Source: an uncultured Pirellulales bacterium
Lineage (GTDB): Bacteria; Planctomycetota; Phycisphaerae; Sedimentisphaerales; CAYZTY01
Direction of reading: 5' to 3'
Length of the DNA stretch: 64,000 bases
Assembly (NCBI GenBank): GCA_964444665.1
Contig: CAYUIE010000012.1
Span: 31,317-95,316, forward strand
Below, in pieces: positions 9,340 through 19,155 of this stretch (positions are counted from its first letter, which is position 1; each line of letters begins with the position of its first letter). A program made the translations under genes and the position numbers. Under the pieces are notes generated by a model. The model saw only the letters and a list, made by a program, of their open reading frames with translations, was not told where the DNA came from and searched no databases.

Positions 9340-10122
9340 TTGATTGTGCATAATAAAAGAAAATTTCTGCTGGCGGCAGTCGCATTTGTAACGGCCAATC
9401 TATGTAGTTCAACGGTTCTCGCCTTTGCGCCCGTCGGACCCCCAACGGGAAGCCTGAAAACCGAACAATGGAGTTTAGGGACTGATTACTCACGAAGCGA
9501 AATCGATTTTGAGATAGACTGGAGTTCAAGCTATGCTTCAGGTGTCCCCAAGTCATTTGCCACAGATATGAAAACTGATACTTATTTAGTAAAATATCGT
9601 TACGGCTTTAATGAGGACTGGGAAATTTGCCTGTTTCTTGGTGCTTCTGAAATTAAAGGCAAAATTGATACCGACGATTTTGACGGTGACCATGACTTCA
9701 ACGGCGGTTTCGGTTTCAAGTGGACCTTCCTGAAAGAAGAAGACCTTTCGTGGGGCCTGGTGTACCAAATGGACTGGATGATGGGAGACGACAGCTATAT
9801 CACCGATATGTCTGTTTATGGATTCGGTACGAATAAGGCCGATGTGGAGCTTGATTCTTTTGACATTTTCCTTGCGTTAGGCCCGACACTTAAAATGGAA
9901 AACTTGAGTATGTATGCAGGGGCGGCGCTTTACTATTACGATGCTGATATCAGGATAAAATACTTAAACACAACCGTAACAAAAGGTAATGTGGATGAAG
10001 TATTATTGGCGGGATATGGAGGTGCTACAGTCGATCTGGACGACAATATTTCGCTTTATGCCGAGTATATGTATTCCGAAGATGCCTGGGCTATGGGTGG
10101 CGGCTTTGCCTGGAGATTTTAG
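9340..10122 (+). CDS. Secreted outer-membrane beta-barrel-like protein (unknown family)
   Basis: It has an N-terminal signal peptide (LLAAVAFVTANLCSSTVLAFA). Alternating aromatic/Gly-rich segments follow, and the C-terminus is ...GGGFAWRF ending in Phe, as in many OMPs. GTG start with an AAGGA Shine-Dalgarno. Confidence 0.5.
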   Translation: MIVHNKRKFLLAAVAFVTANLCSSTVLAFAPVGPPTGSLKTEQWSLGTDYSRSEIDFEIDWSSSYASGVPKSFATDMKTDTYLVKYRYGFNEDWEICLFLGASEIKGKIDTDDFDGDHDFNGGFGFKWTFLKEEDLSWGLVYQMDWMMGDDSYITDMSVYGFGTNKADVELDSFDIFLALGPTLKMENLSMYAGAALYYYDADIRIKYLNTTVTKGNVDEVLLAGYGGATVDLDDNISLYAEYMYSEDAWAMGGGFAWRF

Positions 10123-10184
10123 GCATAGTTGATAATCCGGCAGACTCTTAATCGGTTCGTATAGAGTCAGCCTAAATATATAAC

Positions 10185-10227
10185 AAAGGCTGCGAGGCCC
10201 TTATCCATCCTGCCTCGCAGCCTTTTA
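10185..10227. terminator. Bidirectional rho-independent terminator between convergent genes
   Basis: GGCTGCGAGG (10188-10197) pairs with CCTCGCAGCC (10213-10222), a 10-bp GC-rich stem. It is flanked by AAA on one side and TTTT on the other. Confidence 0.8.
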
Positions 10228-10282
10228 ATTGCGCTCAAAAAATCCTCGACACTTTCTCATTTAACCTGTGTAAACAATAGAG

Positions 10283-11320
10283 CTAAATACAACTTTTTCG
10301 ATATTTTCTCAGCATTTCCAGCAAGTTCTGCATATCCTCGGGGAGAGGGGCTTCGAATTTCACCATCTTCCCGGTTGTAGGATGTTCGAATTCGAGCGTT
10401 GAGGCATGCAGCGCGCAGCGGGCAATAATCGGCTCCTCGGCTGCGGAGTCTCTGTCCTCAATCTGCGCGGGATAGACAGGCCGGCCACCATACATATCGT
10501 CACCAATGACAGGATGCTTGATATATGAAAGATGGACCCTTATCTGATGTGTCCTGCCGGTCCTGGGCGTTACTCTGAGCAAAGAAAAGCCACGAAATCG
10601 TTCGAGAACTTCATAGAAAGTAATCGCCTCTTTTCCAACTTCAGGCCGAATCGCGTACTTTTCTCTCACTATCGGGTGTACACCGAGCGGTTGCTTTATG
10701 CAATCCGCGTCCAGCTCAGGGCTGCCGTGAACTACGGCAAGATAGGTCTTTTTCACTTTACGCAGCTCAAACTGCCTTGCCAGCCGCCAGTGTGCGGTGT
10801 CGGTTTTTGCGACGACCATAACTCCGGTTGTGTTCCTGTCAAGCCGATGAACGATGCCGGGTCGAAATTCGCCGCTGCCTTCAGAGAGCTTATCGGCATA
10901 GTAAACCAACGCATTAACAAGTGTGCCGTGCGTGTTACCTCGTGCAGGATGAACTATTAAGTCCGCCTGCTTGTTCAGGACGATTATATCGTCATCTTCA
11001 TAAACGATATTCAACGGAATATCCTCAGGGATGATTTCCTTTGACCGCGGCGGCGGCAGGATGAGTTCAATCCGGTCGTTGGGATTAATTTTGTAACTGG
11101 GCTTGGCGGTCCTGCCGTTGACCTTTACACCCTTTTCTTTGATAAGCTTCTGAACAGTAGTCCTGCTGAATTGGTTGAAACGGGCCTGCAGATACGTATC
11201 CAATCGGCGATGTGTAACGGACCTGCCAAGGCGAACATGCAAATACTCGGCTCCATCGGACTGTTCGGACAAAAAACTGGAATAGGAGCCGTCCTGAGAT
11301 TGGACTGTATCTTCGGGCAT
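10283..11320 (-). CDS. rluD: RluA-family 23S rRNA pseudouridine synthase (RluD-like) with N-terminal S4 domain
   Basis: Catalytic motif HRLDRNTTGVMVVAK and the GRTHQIRVH motif are present. An S4-like RNA-binding N-terminus (RLDTYL...SRTTVQKLI) precedes them. Confidence 0.85.
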   Translation of the reverse strand: MPEDTVQSQDGSYSSFLSEQSDGAEYLHVRLGRSVTHRRLDTYLQARFNQFSRTTVQKLIKEKGVKVNGRTAKPSYKINPNDRIELILPPPRSKEIIPEDIPLNIVYEDDDIIVLNKQADLIVHPARGNTHGTLVNALVYYADKLSEGSGEFRPGIVHRLDRNTTGVMVVAKTDTAHWRLARQFELRKVKKTYLAVVHGSPELDADCIKQPLGVHPIVREKYAIRPEVGKEAITFYEVLERFRGFSLLRVTPRTGRTHQIRVHLSYIKHPVIGDDMYGGRPVYPAQIEDRDSAAEEPIIARCALHASTLEFEHPTTGKMVKFEAPLPEDMQNLLEMLRKYRKSCI

Positions 11321-11326
11321 TACCGA

Positions 11327-12121
11327 TTACCAGTTCTGCTCATTCATATCGAAAGGAAGCGGCGGGGATGGCGTAACAGGGGATTCCGCAGGTTCGGCCC
11401 GGGTTTGCAGGTCAAACTGTTTGTCGCCGGACGGTGCGTCAGAAGCCGATTCTATGAAGTAAACGCTTTCGGCGTATTCTTCCATTGTATCAAGACGTTC
11501 CCGGGCCTGATGCACAAAAACAGTGCCCTGGTAGTCAGGATTGTCGATGATTTCCCGATAGATACTGCGTGCCTTGGCAGAATCGCCCAGCTCTTCAGCA
11601 CACAGACCAAGACCGAGTTTAGCCATAGCCTTCAGCGCTACACTGTCTTGTTCCATTTCGAGAGCTTTTTCATAAGACTTGACGGCCTGGTTTATCTGGA
11701 CTCTGGCTGCCGAAGGCTCAAGTGACTTGGTTCTGTAATGCAGATCAGCCCGTAAGGCCTCGGCGCGTTTATTGAGAGCCAAAGCCGCACAGGCAGAATC
11801 GTCTGTACGACGCGAAAGGGAATCAAGAGCATCTGCGTTTATGAGAAGATAATTCGAATAGTCCATTCCCTGGTGCATTCCCACAATCGCGTCGACTTTA
11901 CTTTGTGCAACCCGCGAGGAAAGCTCGGTCAGTTCAATACGCTGCATTGCAAGCTCAAGGCGCTTACGGTACAACTTGAAATACGCCGCTACAGCGACGA
12001 TAATTACAACGACTGTTACATAAATAATCACTTTGTAGTTTTCTCGCCAGAATTTGGGAAATTGGTTGAGCCACTCGGCCAATTCATTGGTCTTCAAATC
12101 GTGACGACGTTCGGATTTCAT
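11327..12121 (-). CDS. Membrane-anchored TPR-like protein (YfgM-like architecture)
   Basis: A short N-terminal segment, one TM helix (VIIYVTVVVIIVAVAAYF) and helical TPR-like repeats (AKLGLGLCAEELGDSAKARSIYREII). It lies immediately upstream of rluD with a 6-nt gap. Confidence 0.5.
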   Translation of the reverse strand: MKSERRHDLKTNELAEWLNQFPKFWRENYKVIIYVTVVVIIVAVAAYFKLYRKRLELAMQRIELTELSSRVAQSKVDAIVGMHQGMDYSNYLLINADALDSLSRRTDDSACAALALNKRAEALRADLHYRTKSLEPSAARVQINQAVKSYEKALEMEQDSVALKAMAKLGLGLCAEELGDSAKARSIYREIIDNPDYQGTVFVHQARERLDTMEEYAESVYFIESASDAPSGDKQFDLQTRAEPAESPVTPSPPLPFDMNEQNW

Positions 12122-12231
12122 TTCACACCTCTCTAACCAACAACCTGAATATATAACAAGATTATAGAAAGTTTTCTTTTATCTTGCAATAAGTCTTTAG
12201 TAAGGTTAAAATTTTCGCTTTATAGCTGATT

Positions 12232-14094
12232 TTGCCTCACAAATCGGCCAAATCGAAGGAACAGCTGATGTTGAATGTGTGCGCCAATCTGGACATCAAG
12301 AAACCTGTCTTGTTGTCGCTGTTGATTTATGGACTGTGCTTCGCTTCCGATAAGCAACTGGACAAGAGCAAATATATCAGCATAGATGAAATCCGGCCCG
12401 GAATGAAAGCTTATTGCCGGACGGTTTACGATGGTACGAAAGTCGAAAAATTCGATATGGAAGTCGTCAGTGTGATGCGTGATTTTATACCAGGCCGAGA
12501 TTTGATACTTATCAAGGGAACCGATGAGCGTTTGACCTATACCGGCCCCGTGGCCGGTTGCAGCGGCTCGCCAGTCTATATCAATGAGCGTCTGGCCGGA
12601 GCGCTGGCGTTAGCAGTAGGATGGCCGTTCAGCAAAGACGCTCTTTACGGCGCAACACCGATTGAAGAGATGCTGGCGGTAACCGATACCTATGGCACAA
12701 GTTCCAGCGGCAATGAAGATAGGGACCATCGCCCAGCCTTAGCGTTCGATTTTTCAAAACCGCTTGACCTGGCCGAAATTGACAAACTGCTGCGGGCAGA
12801 ATATAGCAGCAGTTTCAACGAACCGGCAGGTTTCGCCTGGCTTCCGGTACCGTTAATTACGTCACTGCCGGGGCATGTTACCGAACAGCTTGCGGATTAC
12901 ATTGAGCCATTCGGCCTGATGGCGGTGGCGGGTGTATCAGGCGGCGGCGCAACCGAGTCAATCGAAGAAATAAAACTTGCCCCGGGAGCTTCGCTGGCGG
13001 TACCTCTAAGTATCGGTGACATTAAGATAACCGCTATGGGCACCGTGACCGAAGTTATTGACGAGAAGCTCTACGGCTTAGGGCACGGCTTTCTGGGTTA
13101 TGGGCCTGTTGATTTACCTTTGGCCACGGGTTACATAAACACCGTTGTCGCCAGCAACTATCGCTCATTCAAGCTTGGTGACGCTATGAAGATAGTTGGT
13201 GCGTTAAAAAGCGATGAGGCCACCGGTGTATACGGAGAAATTGGAGCGAAGGCAGAAATGATACCGGTAAGGCTGAGCATAGAGCGCTACAATGACCAGC
13301 GGCGGATTCTGAATTGCCGGTTAGCGAACAACATAAAACTGACTCCGTTATTAGTCCGCATGATACTGAGAGGCACAGCCCTTATGAAGGGCTCCCTGCC
13401 ACCCGACCACCTGATGGAATATAAGATGGCTATCAAGATTGAAGGGCAAAAGGATATTACTTTTGAGAACCTTTCCACGGCAAAAGGCCTGAACGAACTG
13501 CTTGTCGAATGCGTCGTGCCGGTTGGATTACTATTAAACAATCCCTTCCAAAGAGCCCGAATACAGGACATCGATGTTGATATTCGCATAGTGGATAAGA
13601 ATATTCTGGCCCGCATATGGTCCGTCGATCTGTCGGAGACTCACGTAAAGGCAGGCGAGACTGTGGAAGTGTCGGTAATTACCGAATCATTTTTGGCACA
13701 GAAAAAAAGATACACTTTCGACTTTAAGATACCCCAAAGCGTGGAGCCGGGCCAGTATAATTTGATAATAGGAGGTGCATCGGCATACGAGGGATTTCTC
13801 AAGACTGCGGCACCATACAGACTAATAATCCGAAACCTGCCGAGTATAATTGAGGTGCTGAATGATGTTCTCAATATTCGCCGGGACAAACTATATTCAT
13901 TTTTGGCGCTGCCGGCGGCCGGCGTGACAATAGAAGATGCAATCCTTCCGGACCTGCCGACAAGCAAGGCCCTGGTGCTTCAGGATACAAAAAGAACACT
14001 TAAACTGATGCCGTACACGCCGTGGATTGAGAAGCAAATGGATCTCGGTACAGTAATTATCGATAAAGAAGTCGTTAGAATCACCGTCGAATAG
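12232..14094 (+). CDS. Secreted chymotrypsin-fold serine peptidase-like protein (SpoIVB/S55-like)
   Basis: It has a hydrophobic N-terminal segment. The serine-protease-type motif GPVAGCSGSPVY resembles the GxSGSP of S1/S55 peptidases. The start is uncertain (TTG 12232 or ATG 12268). The family call is tentative. Confidence 0.45.
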   Translation: MPHKSAKSKEQLMLNVCANLDIKKPVLLSLLIYGLCFASDKQLDKSKYISIDEIRPGMKAYCRTVYDGTKVEKFDMEVVSVMRDFIPGRDLILIKGTDERLTYTGPVAGCSGSPVYINERLAGALALAVGWPFSKDALYGATPIEEMLAVTDTYGTSSSGNEDRDHRPALAFDFSKPLDLAEIDKLLRAEYSSSFNEPAGFAWLPVPLITSLPGHVTEQLADYIEPFGLMAVAGVSGGGATESIEEIKLAPGASLAVPLSIGDIKITAMGTVTEVIDEKLYGLGHGFLGYGPVDLPLATGYINTVVASNYRSFKLGDAMKIVGALKSDEATGVYGEIGAKAEMIPVRLSIERYNDQRRILNCRLANNIKLTPLLVRMILRGTALMKGSLPPDHLMEYKMAIKIEGQKDITFENLSTAKGLNELLVECVVPVGLLLNNPFQRARIQDIDVDIRIVDKNILARIWSVDLSETHVKAGETVEVSVITESFLAQKKRYTFDFKIPQSVEPGQYNLIIGGASAYEGFLKTAAPYRLIIRNLPSIIEVLNDVLNIRRDKLYSFLALPAAGVTIEDAILPDLPTSKALVLQDTKRTLKLMPYTPWIEKQMDLGTVIIDKEVVRITVE

Positions 14095-14127
14095 TATCAG
14101 CCGAGTTTTGTTTGGGAGATACGTCTG

Positions 14128-16422
14128 ATGAAAAAGCCGAGATACTACGGCATAACTATACCGGCAATTCTTGTACTAACGGTTTTGAGCTTAAACAGCG
14201 CAGCGGTCACCAGCAAGGTTACCCGTCATTCAACACAGGCCGAGTTTAGTGAGGGCGAGACCGAGAACATCATAATTGACTCACGGGGAACAATCAGACT
14301 GGGAAGAGCATGGCAGGTTCTGGCAGACCAGCTCGAAGACGTTTGGGCGGTCAACTGCATGGTAGAGGTTGATGGCTCAATCTTTCTGGGAACAAGCCCC
14401 AACGGCTTTATCTTCCAATACAGCAAAGGCAAGTTGACAAGAATTTACCCCCTCGAGTCCTCGACGATGCTCGGGGCAGACCCCATTGACGAAAACGATA
14501 TTCCTAATACGCAGCCGGAAGAGCAAGGCGACGTTAACGTCCCGGAAGAGGCGGAAACGGTTACAAAAGACCGGCACGTTTCCAACGAGCACATCTTCGC
14601 AATGGCAAAGGACCGATGGGGTAAAGTCCTTGCCGGCCTGAGCGGCGAGAAGTGCGGATTGCTGCGATTCAATAAAAACAAAGCAAAGATGATATTCGAG
14701 CCGAACGACGCCCAATATATCTTTGCAATCGTGGTTGATAAGAAGGGCAATATCTATCTGGGCACAGGACCGGAAGGCAAAATCTATCGGCTGAACTCCA
14801 AAGGCAGGAATCCACAGATAATTTACGAAAGTAAAGAAAAAAACATACTTTCACTGGCAATCGGCAATGACGGCTTTATTTATGCGGGCAGCGACGGACG
14901 AGGACTCGTGTACAAAATAAATCCGAAGAATAACAAAGCCAGCGTCTTATACGACACCGACGAGGATGAAGTGGCGGCACTACTATTTAACAGTAAGGGT
15001 AAACTTTACGCAGCAGGAACATCGGCAAAGGTTGTAAAATCCAGAAGCGTTTCAAAACAGACACCACTTACAGCCGGTCGGCCCGAGGCAGAAACCAAAA
15101 AAGAAGAGAAAAAAACGGCCAAGACAAACGAAGGCGGATTGAAATTGAAAGTTGCCAACATACAGGAAAAAGATGCCAAGCAAAAACCGAGCAAAAAGAA
15201 AGCTGCGAAAAGAGGTGCTGTGCCGGGTGCCGACAGTCATATTTACAGGATAGACGAAAAGGGCTTTGTAACCGACATTTTCCAGGAAAAGATTGTACTA
15301 TTTACGCTGGCATCACAGGAAGACCAATTACTGGCGGCAACGGGCAACTGGGCGCAGCTTTTTGCCATCAATCCGGAAACCGAACAAGAAAGCATCATCT
15401 ACGAGGATGAGCAGGCCTCTCAGGTTACGGCGGTAACTGTGCTGGGTGATGAAGTATATCTTGGTACGGCAAACCCGGCAAAGCTTATCAAGCTGACAAA
15501 TACGTATGCCCGGGAAGGGATTTACAGCTCGGACTTAGTTGATGCCGGCCAGCCGGCGGCATGGGGCAAACTGCAAACAGAGGCGGACATACCGGCCGAT
15601 ACAAGTGTGCTGATTTCAAGCCGCAGCGGTAACGTAAAAGACGTAAACGACCCGACCTTTTCCCCCTGGACAGAGGCGATTGAAATCACAGAGCCGATAC
15701 AGCTTTTCTGCCCTCTGGGCAGGTTCTGCCAATACAGACTCACGTTAAAAAGCAATTCCGGCCAGACCTCACCTGTTATCAGAGAAGTGGCTGTGGCACA
15801 TACTGTACCAAATCTGGCTCCGAAGGTCGAATCTGTCAATGTAACCCCAACGACGGCAAAAGAAAAAACAAGCACTTTCAAAATCAGCTATAAAGCAAAA
15901 GATGAAAACAATGACAAGCTGGTTTACAAAATAGACTTCAGGAAGATTCCACGAGAAAGGTGGATTGAGCTTGAGGACGAGTTAGAACCGGATACTTTCG
16001 AGTGGGACACCAAAACCGTTGAAGACGGGCGATACGAAATCAGAGTTACGGCAGGTGACGAACGGGATAATACCGCAGCAACGAAACTGGCCGGGACACG
16101 AATAAGCGACCCGGCAATCGTTGACAACACGCCGCCTGTGATTACGGAATACGTAATTTCTACAAAGAAAAATACCGTAGTAATTCGGCTGCAGATAACA
16201 GACCAGCTCAGCGCTATCGGGGACGTGAAATACACAATCGACAGCAATGCGGACTGGAAGGGCTGCCTGCCTGAGGATTCGATTTACGATACGACGAAGG
16301 AAGACTTCACAATTCTAATTGAAGAACTGTCAATCGGCGAACACGTCATCGCACTACAAATCAGCGACGCGGTGAAAAATACCGCTTATAAAACTTTCGA
16401 TGTGACGGTGAGGCAAGATTAG
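14128..16422 (+). CDS. Secreted beta-propeller-like repeat protein with Lys-rich linker and C-terminal Ig-like region (unknown function)
   Basis: Signal peptide. Recurrent G-x-(I/L/V)-(Y/F)-x-G blades are visible: GSIFLGTSPNGFIFQY, GNIYLGTGPEGKIYRL, GFIYAGSDGRGLVYKI, DEVYLGTANPAKLIKL. A K/E-rich stretch (KKEEKKTAKTNE...KKKAAKRG) follows, then a beta-rich C-terminus. Confidence 0.4.
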   Translation: MKKPRYYGITIPAILVLTVLSLNSAAVTSKVTRHSTQAEFSEGETENIIIDSRGTIRLGRAWQVLADQLEDVWAVNCMVEVDGSIFLGTSPNGFIFQYSKGKLTRIYPLESSTMLGADPIDENDIPNTQPEEQGDVNVPEEAETVTKDRHVSNEHIFAMAKDRWGKVLAGLSGEKCGLLRFNKNKAKMIFEPNDAQYIFAIVVDKKGNIYLGTGPEGKIYRLNSKGRNPQIIYESKEKNILSLAIGNDGFIYAGSDGRGLVYKINPKNNKASVLYDTDEDEVAALLFNSKGKLYAAGTSAKVVKSRSVSKQTPLTAGRPEAETKKEEKKTAKTNEGGLKLKVANIQEKDAKQKPSKKKAAKRGAVPGADSHIYRIDEKGFVTDIFQEKIVLFTLASQEDQLLAATGNWAQLFAINPETEQESIIYEDEQASQVTAVTVLGDEVYLGTANPAKLIKLTNTYAREGIYSSDLVDAGQPAAWGKLQTEADIPADTSVLISSRSGNVKDVNDPTFSPWTEAIEITEPIQLFCPLGRFCQYRLTLKSNSGQTSPVIREVAVAHTVPNLAPKVESVNVTPTTAKEKTSTFKISYKAKDENNDKLVYKIDFRKIPRERWIELEDELEPDTFEWDTKTVEDGRYEIRVTAGDERDNTAATKLAGTRISDPAIVDNTPPVITEYVISTKKNTVVIRLQITDQLSAIGDVKYTIDSNADWKGCLPEDSIYDTTKEDFTILIEELSIGEHVIALQISDAVKNTAYKTFDVTVRQD

Positions 16423-16426
16423 GCCT

Positions 16427-17290
16427 ATGCGCTCGGTAAGCTTCGAAGATGTTGCAAGAACGGCGGAGGAGCTTTGTATATCGGCAGCACACGAACTGCC
16501 GCAGGACGTTCTGGATGCATTGAAAGACGCTGCACGCAGAGAATCTAACCGACGAGCAGCGGAAATTTTAAAACAACTCCTTGAAAATTCACGTATCGCA
16601 AAAGAGCAGCGAATACCACTTTGCCAGGATACGGGTCTGGCCGTGGTTTTTGTAGAGCAGGGGGCCGACGTAAGAGTCGAACCGGTCGAAGATAATCCGG
16701 ATGGAACAATTATTGACGCGATTAACGCCGGTGTGGCAAGAGGTTACCAGAAGGGACTTTTGCGAAAAAGCTTAGTCGCTGAGCCTTTGGAGAAGCGTAT
16801 AAACACAGGTACAAACACGCCGGCGATAATTCATTACAATGTTGTTGCGGGCCAGAAAATCAAGATAACGGTTATGACCAAAGGCGGGGGATGCGAAAAC
16901 AAAAGCCAATTCAAAATGTTTAGGCCGACCGCCGGGAGAGATGAGATAATCGATTGGGTCGTCAATAGCGTTGCCCAGGCCGGGGCCGACGCCTGCCCGC
17001 CGTTTATAGTGGGGGTAGGCCTCGGAGGAGATTTTGAACTGTGTTGTATGTTAAGCAAAAAAGCATTGCTGCGTGAGATAGGCACAAGCCACAAAGAAAG
17101 ATTCTACAGCCAGCTTGAAAAGGACCTGCTGCAAAAAATTAACGCGCTCGGCCTTGGGCCTCAAGGCCTTGGAGGCGACACGACAGCACTGGCTGTTCAT
17201 ATTGAAACGGCCGGCTGTCACATCGCGTCATTGCCGGTGGCGGTAAATATCGAGTGCCACTCCCACCGGCATAAAAGCGCCATCATTTAG
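16427..17290 (+). CDS. Fe-S type hydro-lyase alpha subunit (class I fumarate hydratase / L(+)-tartrate dehydratase, N-terminal domain type)
   Basis: The PLCQDTG motif is present, together with the further Cys residues expected for the 4Fe-4S site (GGGCENK...). The 287-aa length fits the alpha subunit of two-subunit enzymes. Confidence 0.85.
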   Translation: MRSVSFEDVARTAEELCISAAHELPQDVLDALKDAARRESNRRAAEILKQLLENSRIAKEQRIPLCQDTGLAVVFVEQGADVRVEPVEDNPDGTIIDAINAGVARGYQKGLLRKSLVAEPLEKRINTGTNTPAIIHYNVVAGQKIKITVMTKGGGCENKSQFKMFRPTAGRDEIIDWVVNSVAQAGADACPPFIVGVGLGGDFELCCMLSKKALLREIGTSHKERFYSQLEKDLLQKINALGLGPQGLGGDTTALAVHIETAGCHIASLPVAVNIECHSHRHKSAII

Positions 17291-17329
17291 CTTCGAAAAA
17301 TTTACTTGCGGGGTTACTACGGATTTTCC

Positions 17330-18214
17330 TCAGTCCAGCAATTCATAACAGTTATTGGCTATCGCTATAAACTCTTCCGCGGAAAGCTCATCCGGCCGAC
17401 GTGCAGAGTTAATACAGGCCCGCTCAAAGATATCGGGCCAGTTTTTCACCGAGGCCAATAGGCCAACTGCAAATTTTGTGCAGGCTTTTAGCATCTTTCG
17501 GCGGTGGCCCATAAACAAACTCACAACCCGGCGAAAAAGCTCGAGATTATGAATTCGGTTCAGTTTTTCATCCATCCGGTGGAAGCTTACCATTGCTGAT
17601 TCAACCTGCGGCCGAGGCCAAAAGACACTTGGACTTAGCAGTCGAATAGTTTTAACCTCGCCTGCCGCGGCCATAATAATACTCAGTATGCCGTAATCCT
17701 CGCAGCCCGGCGAAGCGGCCATTCGCTGTGCCACTTCTTTCTGGACCGTAACATACATATCCTCGACAACCACCGGCCCGGTAATCAGATTTACCATCAC
17801 CACCGCTGCCGCGCTGTAAGGCAAATTCGCGACCAGCATAATCCTGCTGTGAGCCTCTTCACCACCGGATCTCAAGGCCTCGGCCACATCGTGGTTGATA
17901 GCATTTTTGCTTTCAAGCACGTCGGCGTTTATGATTCGAACATTGGCGGCCTCGGCGAGCTGCACTTTGGCGATTTGTGCAAGCGCTCTGTCCATCTCGA
18001 CGGCTACGACCTTGCCTGCTCTGCAGGCCAGCTCTTCCGTCAAGGAACCCGTGCCGCAGCCCACTTCCAGGACAATGTCATCGCTGTGAATGTGGGCCGA
18101 GTCGACAAGTAAGCGCATAAGATTCAAATCTATAAGGAAATGCTGGCCCAATCGCTTATTCGGCTTAATGCCTGCCGAGTCAAGGAAGCTCTTAATTTGC
18201 TGCTTTGTCTGCAT
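17330..18214 (-). CDS. rsmA: 16S rRNA (adenine1518/1519-N6)-dimethyltransferase RsmA/KsgA
   Basis: The family-typical N-terminus is KPNKRLGQHFLID, the SAM motif is VLEVGCGTGSLT, and NLPY is present. The start is taken at the internal ATG (MQTKQQIKSF), which overlaps the upstream stop as TAATG. The longer ORF to 18307 would run into the upstream gene. Confidence 0.85.
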   Translation of the reverse strand: MQTKQQIKSFLDSAGIKPNKRLGQHFLIDLNLMRLLVDSAHIHSDDIVLEVGCGTGSLTEELACRAGKVVAVEMDRALAQIAKVQLAEAANVRIINADVLESKNAINHDVAEALRSGGEEAHSRIMLVANLPYSAAAVVMVNLITGPVVVEDMYVTVQKEVAQRMAASPGCEDYGILSIIMAAAGEVKTIRLLSPSVFWPRPQVESAMVSFHRMDEKLNRIHNLELFRRVVSLFMGHRRKMLKACTKFAVGLLASVKNWPDIFERACINSARRPDELSAEEFIAIANNCYELLD

Positions 18215-19098
18215 TACACTTCGCCCAGCATATCGGCTATCGCCCGAATGTGGTCCGGCGTTGTTCCGCAACATCCGCCTACAAGTTGTGCACCGGCACG
18301 TAAGCACTCACGAATACCCTGGGCAAATGCTGCCGGGGCCATATCGAATACAGTCAGACCATCATGTAACCTAGGCTTGCCGGCATTAGGCTGCGCTAAA
18401 ACAGGCAGGTTTGTTGCCGAACGAATCAGAGAGATAACCACCGCCATTTGGGCAAGGTCAATATCACCACAATTGGCGCCAATCACGTCGGCACCTCCAT
18501 CCGTAAGTTTTTCAGCGCACTCTGAGGCACGATTTCCCATTATGGTCCGTGCGCCATTGGCCTGTGTTGCGAATGCAATCGATACAATAACAGGAAGTGA
18601 GAATTTATCCTTGCAGGCCCGAAGAGCACACAGGGCCTCGCGTAAATCGAAGATTGTTTCAATTATAAAACCATCCACACCGGCCTCGGCCAGGACCTCC
18701 GCCTGCTCCCTGAATGCATCATAGAAGCATTCCTCGCTGTAATCACCATACGGCTCAAGTAGCTGACCTGTCGAGCTGATATCGCCCAGCACATATTGAG
18801 CTTTGCCGGCGGCCTGCCTTACTAATTCAGCACCGGCTCTATTTACCTCTCGCACATCCACATCAACATTGTGCGTTTGGATATAAACACGATTCATTGT
18901 CAGCGTATTAGTGGTAAGAATATGACATCCGCACGCTGCGTATTCTTTGTGGATTTCCAGCACCGCTTGTGGTGCGTCAAGGTTGTTCCGGGCGCGCATC
19001 ATTAAACCGCGTTTATCTAACGTTGTTCCCATAGCCCCATCAAGCAGAATCGGCCTTTGGCTTTGGAGAAGCTCTTTGAATTCCACAATTATCTCCAA
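18214..19098 (-). CDS. Stand-alone homocysteine S-methyltransferase domain protein (MmuM/BHMT/MetH-N-terminal-like)
   Basis: The Hcy-binding domain pattern is present: LLDGAMGT near the N-terminus, a Zn-ligand Cys in IGANCG, and the GGCCGTTPDHI motif near the C-terminus. Confidence 0.75.
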   Translation of the reverse strand: MEIIVEFKELLQSQRPILLDGAMGTTLDKRGLMMRARNNLDAPQAVLEIHKEYAACGCHILTTNTLTMNRVYIQTHNVDVDVREVNRAGAELVRQAAGKAQYVLGDISSTGQLLEPYGDYSEECFYDAFREQAEVLAEAGVDGFIIETIFDLREALCALRACKDKFSLPVIVSIAFATQANGARTIMGNRASECAEKLTDGGADVIGANCGDIDLAQMAVVISLIRSATNLPVLAQPNAGKPRLHDGLTVFDMAPAAFAQGIRECLRAGAQLVGGCCGTTPDHIRAIADMLGEV

Positions 19099-19155
19099 AA
19101 TAGAAACCTAATAATAAGTCCCGGGTAGAACCCCGACAAGTCGGGATTTATTCTG

